Origin: Candidatus Saccharimonadota bacterium
GTDB taxonomy: Bacteria > Patescibacteriota > Saccharimonadia > Saccharimonadales > Saccharimonadaceae
Assembly (NCBI GenBank): GCA_023898645.1
Contig: CP060232.1
Coordinates: forward strand, 30,001-62,000
Direction of reading: 5' to 3'
Length of the DNA stretch: 32,000 bases
A program made the position numbers and the translations under genes. This document shows, in pieces, positions 18,435 through 25,834 of the stretch; the stretch's first letter is position 1, and each line of letters opens with the position of its first letter. The notes under the pieces are model-generated. The model was not told the origin of the DNA. It did no database searches and was given only the letters and a program-made list of their open reading frames with translations.

Positions 18435-20039
18435 ATGCGGAGGCTAATTCTAGCGATCGTTGTATCTCTCGTATGGGTGGCGGGTAGTCATACCGGAGTT
18501 GCTAATGCATTGTCGTCGGGCGACAAGCTCCTTGTTAGTGCAGATAATACCTTTTACGTATATGTGAAGGCTGGTGAAAAGCTGAGCGTTGCTTTTATTC
18601 GTTCTCAATATTACGAGGTTAATATTAATATGCTGCGCGTAGATGTTAGCATTACGGTAGATGGGCCGGATGTTAAACAACAAAAGTGTATTGCAAAAAG
18701 AGATATAGCTGTTGGTAAGGGTTGTGTATTTAAGCCCGTGACAGCAGTGAAGACTGGTATATGGCGAATTAATTTTACACCCGCAAAGGGTGCGAGGCCC
18801 TTCGAAGAGGTTTCACCAACTGTACGTTGGGGAAAGAATCTATTTTCGTGGGATATTACAGTTACGGGTAATAATGGTGAGCAACACGGGCGTATGTGGA
18901 CAGAAGGGTATGCTACGAGACAGTCAGATCCAAACCAAGCCGATGCTACTAATGATTTCACATACTACTATGTTAGCGAAGACGGATATATATATAAACA
19001 AACAGAGAATCAGTACAATGGTCAGGTTTCAATTTTATCGGCAGATTCGATAGGAATTCGCAAGGATGGGGGTTGTATATCAGTGTATCAAAGTACAGAG
19101 GTGGAGGATAAAGACTACACGCCAGCATTGGGTAGCTGCGGCGATAAATATAAGTTGTTTTTTGAGCAACCAGCTGGTGATTTGCCAACCAACTCCGTCC
19201 GTTGGGATGGAACCAAAGATTGGATGCTTCCCAATGTTGGTCACCCAGTAATCAGTGAGCTTCACTTCATACCGGACGGCTCCAAGGATCAGCTTTCGGG
19301 CAATATAACGTTTTTCTTGCACAATTTCATAGGTCAATACCAAGTCAAGGTAGACACCGATGGCGACGGTAGTTTCGACGGACAAAACGACGTGACGCTC
19401 AACGAGCAGATGAGCGGTTTGTCGAATGATTTATTGCGTATACCTTTTCAGGGCGTAGATAAAACGGGCGGAATTATATCGCCATCGAGCAAGATCGGTA
19501 TAGAAGTTGTAATCACAAGGGTTGCAGAGATTCATTTTGTAGCCAGTGACGTTGAGGGAAGAGGTGGGATTGCTGTTACCCGACTTAACGGTGATAATGC
19601 TCCGACGACACGACTGTGTTGGAACGATGCTGACCTGGTGCCAATAGCGGATATACGCTTCACTACGACAAATGTTGATGGACGAGATTGTCCTGAGAGT
19701 GGAGGCGGTATACATGGATGGGCATATGACAATTACTCATGGGGAAACGGTCGGTATATCGACGATTGGACATATGCAACCGCCAAATTAGATGGCAAAA
19801 ATACTGTGACGTACCCAGAATCAACTACGGAAGCAATTGCAAAAAAGCAGAGTAACTGGCTACCGGCAATACTTGCCGGTGGGGCCGTAGTACTGATTGG
19901 TTCTGTCGTGGTAGTTGTTGTGATAGTTCGACGCCGAAAAACACCCCCACCAGTTGCGCCGCTAGCGCCTCCAGGCGTGCAGTCGACGGGGTCGCAAGAG
20001 CCAACAAGTGAACAGCCGTCGGACCTTGATAGGTACTAG
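18435..20039 (+). CDS. Hypothetical cell-surface protein: signal peptide, large ectodomain, C-terminal TM anchor, basic stop-transfer and Pro-rich tail
   Basis: Signal-like 'MRRLILAIVVSLVWVAGSHTGVANA'. Asp-rich 'DTDGDGSFDGQNDV' (Ca-binding-like). C-terminal 'WLPAILAGGAVVLIGSVVVVVVIVRRRKTPPPVAPLAPPG'. I recognise no enzyme motif. Confidence 0.6.
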   Translation: MRRLILAIVVSLVWVAGSHTGVANALSSGDKLLVSADNTFYVYVKAGEKLSVAFIRSQYYEVNINMLRVDVSITVDGPDVKQQKCIAKRDIAVGKGCVFKPVTAVKTGIWRINFTPAKGARPFEEVSPTVRWGKNLFSWDITVTGNNGEQHGRMWTEGYATRQSDPNQADATNDFTYYYVSEDGYIYKQTENQYNGQVSILSADSIGIRKDGGCISVYQSTEVEDKDYTPALGSCGDKYKLFFEQPAGDLPTNSVRWDGTKDWMLPNVGHPVISELHFIPDGSKDQLSGNITFFLHNFIGQYQVKVDTDGDGSFDGQNDVTLNEQMSGLSNDLLRIPFQGVDKTGGIISPSSKIGIEVVITRVAEIHFVASDVEGRGGIAVTRLNGDNAPTTRLCWNDADLVPIADIRFTTTNVDGRDCPESGGGIHGWAYDNYSWGNGRYIDDWTYATAKLDGKNTVTYPESTTEAIAKKQSNWLPAILAGGAVVLIGSVVVVVVIVRRRKTPPPVAPLAPPGVQSTGSQEPTSEQPSDLDRY

Positions 20040-20117
20040 ATATTTACGTAGAGTAGAGGATTGATTTTTTATCAATTTTATGCTAATATTACATCTGTTA
20101 GTTAGCAAAATATAAAC

Positions 20118-21242
20118 ATGTCAAAACCTGAAGAAATGCTACCGCCGCAAAATGAGCCCGAAAGTGCTCAACTTGACTACGTAGAAGAACTGCCCGATTT
20201 AGCGACTATACAAGAGCGGCACCCTGATTGGCCAAAGCTTGAATTGTCGTTTTATTTTGCGCCCCATGGCAACAACAAGGACATGGAAGGTATAGCGCCT
20301 CAATTAGCAAAGGCAGACATTTTACTCTATGAAGAAGTTGTGGCGCATGAGGATGATGTCGCAATTCGGTACGAGAACTTAGATGATTTTAATAAGCTTT
20401 CTGTTAATCCTGCTGTGAGTCTGCGCCGCGCAATGAGAGACGGCGAAGTAAGCGGGTCGTCGTATGAGCCGCTATTAAAAGGCATCTATAAGTCAAAAAA
20501 AGCAATCGGTTTGATAGATATAGGCGACACTAATTATGAACGAGAATTAGTGCAAGAAATGCAAACTTTGTTTGACCAGTCCTGGATAAAAGGAATGGAG
20601 TATTCGGAAGCTTTGAGTGCGTACAACGAAACTTGGGCAAGGATGGGTGAACTGATGCACCAAAGAGAAGTGTTGATGGTGGAGAAATTTGAAAAAGAAA
20701 TCGACCGAATACTATATGCACGACCGGATTTGCTAAAGCGCGAAAACGTAAGGATCCTTATTTCAATGGGAGCGGGCCATACGACGCTTCGTCACTTGTT
20801 TCGACAGGCTGGTATGCGGTCTGAACGGAACTTTTCTGCCGAGTCGCCCTATACATTTAACTACCTTAACGAGCTAATAAGGACGCATATGTTTAATCGC
20901 GAACCGTCTGAAAGGCTTGTGAAGCAAGCGTTGACCGAAAGTATTCTAAGTAGGTCGCTCGATGAAATGCGAGAGAATTTTTCCATACGCACAGACGACG
21001 ACGACACCTATAAACGAAGGATTGTTTCGTTGCTGACAGACGACGAGCTAGAGGGTGCTTATGAAGCGTGGAGTGAGCATGCTAATTTACGTGCGTACTT
21101 TGATAACGTGCTCCAGCGACACGACGTAGATCACCTAGCTAGAAGCGACAAAGAAATACGCGAATTTATAAAAAGGCCCAAGAAAACTGCACGGAATCTG
21201 GCGAAGATTGCTTTGCGCGACTTGTTTCGTAAGGGCAAGTAA
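20118..21242 (+). CDS. Hypothetical cytoplasmic protein (weak TIKI/TraB/ChaN-superfamily-like motifs)
   Basis: 374 aa, acidic, with no TM segment or signal peptide. 'FYFAPHGNN...ADILLYEE', 'HQREVLMVEKF' and 'ILISMGAGHTTLRHLF' loosely resemble the GxxH / E / ERDxxM / VGAGH motifs of TraB/TIKI-like proteins. This assignment is low confidence. Confidence 0.5.
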   Translation: MSKPEEMLPPQNEPESAQLDYVEELPDLATIQERHPDWPKLELSFYFAPHGNNKDMEGIAPQLAKADILLYEEVVAHEDDVAIRYENLDDFNKLSVNPAVSLRRAMRDGEVSGSSYEPLLKGIYKSKKAIGLIDIGDTNYERELVQEMQTLFDQSWIKGMEYSEALSAYNETWARMGELMHQREVLMVEKFEKEIDRILYARPDLLKRENVRILISMGAGHTTLRHLFRQAGMRSERNFSAESPYTFNYLNELIRTHMFNREPSERLVKQALTESILSRSLDEMRENFSIRTDDDDTYKRRIVSLLTDDELEGAYEAWSEHANLRAYFDNVLQRHDVDHLARSDKEIREFIKRPKKTARNLAKIALRDLFRKGK

Positions 21243-21303
21243 AAAGACCTAATTTTAAGCTGCTTTTAACACAATTTTTACTTTCTGTGTATAATGGGGG
21301 GTA

Positions 21304-24147
21304 ATGAAAGTTTGGAACGCGAGGAGTATTGTCCTTTATTTGTCTGTTGCTATGGCTCTGTTTACAATTGCTTTGTTACCAAAGTTGGTGAGTGCAGACG
21401 CACTGTCATGGACAAACAATTCTCCGGTAGTTGAGAGCGTAAAAGATGCGAGTAGCGATTGGAAATGGCGAGATTTGTGCCAAGCTAAATACAATACAGC
21501 CGCCGCGACAACTATAGACGTAGTGGGTACCGGTGGTCAGCCTACGCCAAAAACTAACTGTGTAATGGGTGAGGACGAAAATTATCAGTTGTTTAGTTAC
21601 AACAACTTCCATGGCCTGGCTGTAAAATTTGTTGGCGACAAAGCCTCACATGCCATAAATGGGATTACATGCACGTACTCATGTATTTATATGCCGAGCA
21701 GGGATGTATTAGCTGTGGTTAGTCACACTACGTACATTGGCGCCGGTCAGATAGACATTTACAAAAACTTTGTCAGTAAGTTGAAGCTTCAGGGTGGTGA
21801 GAATGTACTTAATAATCATTTTTATGCCGTAGGACAAACACAACCTGACCAGACCATTAGTAATGATGCTGGTAGTGGGGCGCCAGGCTTTTTGGGTGTA
21901 GCTAAGCATATGCAACACTCACCAAACGACAAGTGGTTGGTGGTGGAATTTGTAGGTCTGGGGTTGGTACGAATAGATATGGATACCATGCAAATGGTGA
22001 AGTTCTCTGATTGGAAAACCAACTACACGATAGGGTATAGCCCAACTATAGAATTCAACATTACTAACGACGGTCAGCATGTTGCCGTGCTTGGGCAAAA
22101 TACATTAAATTCCATCTATGACATTTCAGGTAGTTGCGGTAATGTGTTGCCGGATAACGCGATATACGCTGACCTGGTAAAACTACAAGATACACCGTGT
22201 CCTGTGGTCGAAGTTGTTCACGGACCAGATATTGGTAATGGCGTAATTGATCGTCCGAATGCAATGTATCAGCCAAAATTTAGCGAAGATAGCGGCGAGA
22301 TTAGCTTTTACGCGACATCGTATGATAGTGCGATTGTGCCGAAATATGTGACTTTGCGGGCGGCGAATTATATTGGTCCACAGCCGTTAGACTACCTGGC
22401 TTTGGGTGATTCGTATTCGAGTGGTGAGGGGGACACTACGAAAAAGACCGACGGAACGAAGTATTATTTACCAGGTACTGATGTCGCTAGCGATTATGCA
22501 AATGGAGTCCCGGAAGAGAAGTGTCATATTAGTAGCAGGTCGTATCCATTTTTGCTACGAACCTTAAGTGGGATTGCTGATGACAAGATGAGGTCAGTCG
22601 CCTGTAGTGGGGCAGTTGGATCGGATATTTATGGGTGGTCGAGTTCGTTTGATGACAATGGTCATTTCCTCGGACAATACGAGGATGGTAAGCCAAGGCT
22701 TGCGGGTTTACCAAACATCAAGCAGCTACAAGACCAGGCAAGAAGCAACTTTACACCCGGTCGTATACAGCAGATAGAGTTTATAGAGAGGAACAAACCA
22801 AAAGCTACTACACTTAGCATCGGGGGTAACGATGTGTTATTTGGCGAAATCATTAGGAGCTGTGTCACGAAGATAGGCCTAGATAGTATTTGTGAGTGGG
22901 CTCAGAGCAACCAGAGTGACCCGGGCGCTCCAGGTCTAAAACGACTGGGTGAGATGATAGGCGGAGAGTATAGCGCTCTCCAAAACTTGTACATGCAACT
23001 CAAAAACGCTTCACCCGAAACGAAAATATATGTATTAGGTTATCCGCAATTCATAGACAGCTCATCATCCCACTGTCCAACAAATTTTGGTCTAAATCAG
23101 ACAGAGAGACAGATGATTACCGAAGGGGTTGCTTACATGAACCAAGTCATTAAGGCGGCCGCGAATGCTGCCGGTGTGTACTACGTGGATATCGAGAATA
23201 GTCTTGGTGGCCACGTATTGTGCGGCTCAGAGGCTTCGTATGTGAACGGTACTGCAACGGGTGTCATTGGCATGATTGCACCAAATATATATGAGCAACA
23301 GGAGGCCTATCATCCTGACGCCGATGGGCACTTGGCCGTATTTAAAACGATAGGCTCCGGCCTTAACGGCCAGACGCTAACCTCTTTTGGTAATTGCAAC
23401 CAAATAATCATATGCCCAGCTTCAAACCAAGCAACACAGCCGCCAATCCCTAGTTATTTTAGGATTAGTCCGACCATCGACACGATTATTATTAAGGCTA
23501 TTAATTTCGTAGTGTCCGCGGGTAAATCTATAGGTGACGGCATTACCTCAATCGTCAAAAGCCAGGTGCTAAATATTCACTCGCCCTCACGTTATTTTGC
23601 CGCCGGTAGTAATGTATCTGTAAATATTTACTCCAATCAGGTTAATCTCGGTACGCTTGTTGCGAATGAAAATGGTAGCATAGACGCCTCGATAACGGTT
23701 CCGTCTGGTCTTGAAGCAGGTTACCATACGATTATCTTCACCGGCACGACATACTCGGGTGACCCTATCGAGTATACGCAGATTGTCCTCGTGCAAGGTT
23801 CTAATCCCGATGATATCGACGATGACGGCATAATTGATAGCAAAGACCCTTGCCTGTTCGTTACTGCTAGTGGGGTTGATGGTGACATGGATGGTATAGA
23901 TGACGCATGTGATCCTGTGCTCGGAGACACGCCGCCCGCAACGCCTGTTACTACGCCAACACCAGCGCCTACGACTCCGTCACCTACGCCAACTCCTTCC
24001 TCCGCTCCTACACCAAGTCCCAAACCAAGCCATCATGGTCATGGTAAGTCAAGTATATTGTCATTTGTTAAGTTTATACATAGTTTAATAGTGTCATTTG
24101 TGAAACTTGTGTTGAGTGTCGCAAGACACGCGCTATTTAGATTTTAA
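21304..24147 (+). CDS. Large secreted/surface protein with a central SGNH (GDSL-like) hydrolase domain, Asp-rich Ca-binding repeats, a Pro/Thr linker and a hydrophobic-basic C-terminal tail
   Basis: N-terminal signal/anchor 'IVLYLSVAMALFTIALLPKLVSADA'. SGNH blocks: 'LALGDSYSSGEG' (GDS at 22405-22413), 'VACSGA', 'SIGGNDVLF' (22822-22833) and 'AYHPDADGH' (from 23311). 'DIDDDGIIDSKDPC' and 'DGDMDGIDDACDP' are thrombospondin-type-3-like DxDxDGxxDxxDxC repeats. The PT-rich linker is followed by '...SILSFVKFIHSLIVSFVKLVLSVARHALFRF'. Confidence 0.8.
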   Translation: MKVWNARSIVLYLSVAMALFTIALLPKLVSADALSWTNNSPVVESVKDASSDWKWRDLCQAKYNTAAATTIDVVGTGGQPTPKTNCVMGEDENYQLFSYNNFHGLAVKFVGDKASHAINGITCTYSCIYMPSRDVLAVVSHTTYIGAGQIDIYKNFVSKLKLQGGENVLNNHFYAVGQTQPDQTISNDAGSGAPGFLGVAKHMQHSPNDKWLVVEFVGLGLVRIDMDTMQMVKFSDWKTNYTIGYSPTIEFNITNDGQHVAVLGQNTLNSIYDISGSCGNVLPDNAIYADLVKLQDTPCPVVEVVHGPDIGNGVIDRPNAMYQPKFSEDSGEISFYATSYDSAIVPKYVTLRAANYIGPQPLDYLALGDSYSSGEGDTTKKTDGTKYYLPGTDVASDYANGVPEEKCHISSRSYPFLLRTLSGIADDKMRSVACSGAVGSDIYGWSSSFDDNGHFLGQYEDGKPRLAGLPNIKQLQDQARSNFTPGRIQQIEFIERNKPKATTLSIGGNDVLFGEIIRSCVTKIGLDSICEWAQSNQSDPGAPGLKRLGEMIGGEYSALQNLYMQLKNASPETKIYVLGYPQFIDSSSSHCPTNFGLNQTERQMITEGVAYMNQVIKAAANAAGVYYVDIENSLGGHVLCGSEASYVNGTATGVIGMIAPNIYEQQEAYHPDADGHLAVFKTIGSGLNGQTLTSFGNCNQIIICPASNQATQPPIPSYFRISPTIDTIIIKAINFVVSAGKSIGDGITSIVKSQVLNIHSPSRYFAAGSNVSVNIYSNQVNLGTLVANENGSIDASITVPSGLEAGYHTIIFTGTTYSGDPIEYTQIVLVQGSNPDDIDDDGIIDSKDPCLFVTASGVDGDMDGIDDACDPVLGDTPPATPVTTPTPAPTTPSPTPTPSSAPTPSPKPSHHGHGKSSILSFVKFIHSLIVSFVKLVLSVARHALFRF
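23926..24030 (+). repeat. Low-complexity Pro/Thr/Ser-rich linker coding region
   Basis: It translates to DTPPATPVTTPTPAPTTPSPTPTPSSAPTPSPKPS. This also explains the spurious Gly/Val-rich antisense ORF at 23721-24023. Confidence 0.9.
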
Positions 24148-24202
24148 AACCAACCAGTAAAAGAACGGGCGAAAGATTTATTTTGCTATACTGATAATGT
24201 TT

Positions 24203-24577
24203 ATGGTAAGACAAAAGACAAAACAGACTCTTCAGGCGCTCGAAAAGCGCGCAACCCTAGAGAGTGGTAGGTCTGCGAGTAGAAAATTAGCACGAAGCAC
24301 GCGCAAAAGCACCAAACGCTTTAGGTGGGGGATAGTTGTTGTTGCAGCACTAACAGTTTTCATAATTAGCTGGATTTCTGGAATTTTTTCTTGGGGTGTA
24401 AAATACGTTGAATGTCAAAAACCGCCAACATCCATAACGTCGCCCGGACTGTGGTCGGGCTCGTCGATAGGCGTTCCTCAAGAGCCGGGTGATGCCAACT
24501 ATGGCCCTGGAATTGGAAAAACGTATACATGTACGGCAAAAAAGGATATGTATCCAGACAATTCACCACGACGGTAA
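24203..24577 (+). CDS. Small bitopic membrane protein, paralogue A (basic N-terminus, 1 TM, ~55-aa two-Cys ectodomain)
   Basis: 'MVRQKTKQTLQALEKR...' then the TM 'WGIVVVAALTVFIISWISGIFSW', then 'ECQKPP...PGDANYGPGIGKTYTC'. It is homologous to 25457-25801. ATG 24203 aligns with the paralogue's start and lies 10 nt after TGcTATACT (24184-24192). The tracked ORF starts at 24197. Confidence 0.65.
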   Translation: MVRQKTKQTLQALEKRATLESGRSASRKLARSTRKSTKRFRWGIVVVAALTVFIISWISGIFSWGVKYVECQKPPTSITSPGLWSGSSIGVPQEPGDANYGPGIGKTYTCTAKKDMYPDNSPRR

Positions 24578-24610
24578 AGAGTTTAGTCTTAGTGTGTTAA
24601 ATTTTGGTAC

Positions 24611-25327
24611 AAGAGGACGTTCCTCCTAAGGTGTAATTTCATACCAGTTATAGTACAGTGAAAAGTATGCCGTCGCGAAATGTCATAAAAGAACAAGCCC
24701 CAGAGTCGTACTATCATGTGTATGCCAGGGGTTCGAACAAGCAAAAGATATTTCTTGAAGCGGCTGATTATAAATATTTTCTCAATCTCTTTGAACGTTA
24801 TCTGTCTGACGAACCGGCAATAAGTAAGACTGGCGAGATTTACCCCCACTTCAAAAACCAAGTTATCCTCCTCACGTATTGTCTCATGAGCAACCATTTT
24901 CATCTGCTTATGTACCAAAAGGACATCCCCTCGTTGGAGAAATTTATGCGCAGCCTGATGACGAGCTATAGTAGGTACTTTAATCTGAAATACAAACGTA
25001 CTGGCTCGCTGTTTGAGAGTAGGTACAAAGCGTCGAGAATTGACAGCAATTCGTACTTGCGGCACATCACCAGGTATATTCACCTCAACCCCAGACGATG
25101 GCAGACTTATAGATATTCAAGTTTAAGGCATTATGCCGAGCCTGCCGAAGCGCCCGACTGGATAGACCCAAGGGTCATATTGGAGGTTTTTGACGACACC
25201 CACCAGTACATGGAATTTGTAGCTGACTATGAAGAGCTGCGGGATGAAATAGCCGACCTGAAGCACCAATTAGCCGATCGGTGATAAAACTGACAACGTT
25301 ACTATCTGTTAGAGGACAGTCCTCTAA
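24611..25327 (+). mobile_element. IS200/IS605-type or RAYT-like unit: HUH/Y1 transposase gene bracketed by two similar hairpins
   Basis: Left hairpin GAGGA-cgt-TCCTC (24613-24625, within aAGAGGACGTTCCTCCTAAGg). Right hairpin TTAGAGGAC-a-GTCCTCTAA (25309-25327). Both share AGAGGAC...TCCTC(C)TAAG. I saw no terminal inverted repeats or target duplication. Confidence 0.55.
24667..25284 (+). CDS. HUH-family Y1 (IS200-like / REP-associated tyrosine, COG1943-type) transposase
   Basis: 'YYHVYARGSNKQKIF', the HUH motif 'LMSNHFHLLM' and catalytic-Tyr region 'RHITRYIHLNPRR'. The start is ATG 24667, or GTG 24658 as in the ORF track. Confidence 0.8.
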   Translation: MPSRNVIKEQAPESYYHVYARGSNKQKIFLEAADYKYFLNLFERYLSDEPAISKTGEIYPHFKNQVILLTYCLMSNHFHLLMYQKDIPSLEKFMRSLMTSYSRYFNLKYKRTGSLFESRYKASRIDSNSYLRHITRYIHLNPRRWQTYRYSSLRHYAEPAEAPDWIDPRVILEVFDDTHQYMEFVADYEELRDEIADLKHQLADR

Positions 25328-25331
25328 GTAA

Positions 25332-25400
25332 CATAGTCCATTTGTGGCGGTTGTGAAATTTATATTGAGCACGATTAGACACGCACTATTTAGACACTAA
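25332..25400 (+). pseudogene. Relic 3' end of a second large surface-protein gene (paralogue of the 21304-24147 C-terminus)
   Basis: The 69 nt at 25332-25400 align without gaps to 24079-24147 (my hand count is 48/69 identical). The translation HSPFVAVVKFILSTIRHALFRH* compares with HSLIVSFVKLVLSVARHALFRF*. The frame is closed by TAA at 25329-25331, inside the right hairpin of the transposase unit. Confidence 0.7.
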
Positions 25401-25456
25401 CTGGGGTTAAATCCATAAGGGTTTTACTTTGTCACATTTGGTATACTAAAAAAGTT

Positions 25457-25801
25457 ATGGTAAGAAAAAAACCGACAGCTGAGACACTTAGTAGGCTCGA
25501 ATCAAAACCCACTAAGGGTGTGCCTATTCGTAAGCAAAAGGAATCATTAAGTGAGGTTCGGGCGCGGAGACAGTTGGTCTGGCTGGCGTGTTTATTGGCT
25601 GTCATTGTTCTAGGGTTTATCACAGGGATGATTCAATATACAACTAAATTGGCAGTCTGCGGGGAGCCGCCATTGACACAAAGCCTTGTCGTCGAGGGCG
25701 GTAGTCCAGTTTTGCATCCAGGTGAAGAAGGCTATGGACCAGGACTTCTCAACACATACTACTGCAAAGATGAAGCAAAGAGAAAGTTTGGTACGGACTA
25801 A
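25457..25801 (+). CDS. Small bitopic membrane protein, paralogue B
   Basis: 'MVRKKPTAETLSRLESK...' then the TM 'LVWLACLLAVIVLGFITGMI', then 'VCGEPP...PGEEGYGPGLLNTYYC'. It has the same architecture and conserved Cys/PP/YGPG/TYxC positions as 24203-24577. TGgTATACT (25439-25447) lies 9 nt upstream of the ATG. Confidence 0.7.
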   Translation: MVRKKPTAETLSRLESKPTKGVPIRKQKESLSEVRARRQLVWLACLLAVIVLGFITGMIQYTTKLAVCGEPPLTQSLVVEGGSPVLHPGEEGYGPGLLNTYYCKDEAKRKFGTD

Positions 25802-25834
25802 TCTGATCAATAGCACCATATATTTTGATTTTAT

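Noticed and set aside
20059-20080. AT-only hairpin aTTGAT-ttttt-ATCAAt followed by TTTA, considered as a terminator for the 534-aa gene.
   Set aside because: The stem is only 5-6 A/T base pairs with no G/C clamp. That is too weak to call with confidence, though it may contribute to termination.
23721-24023. 100-aa minus-strand ORF rich in Gly/Val (…GVGVGDGVVGAGVGVV…).
   Set aside because: It is the antisense reading of the Pro/Thr-rich linker of the 947-aa gene and is a low-complexity artefact.
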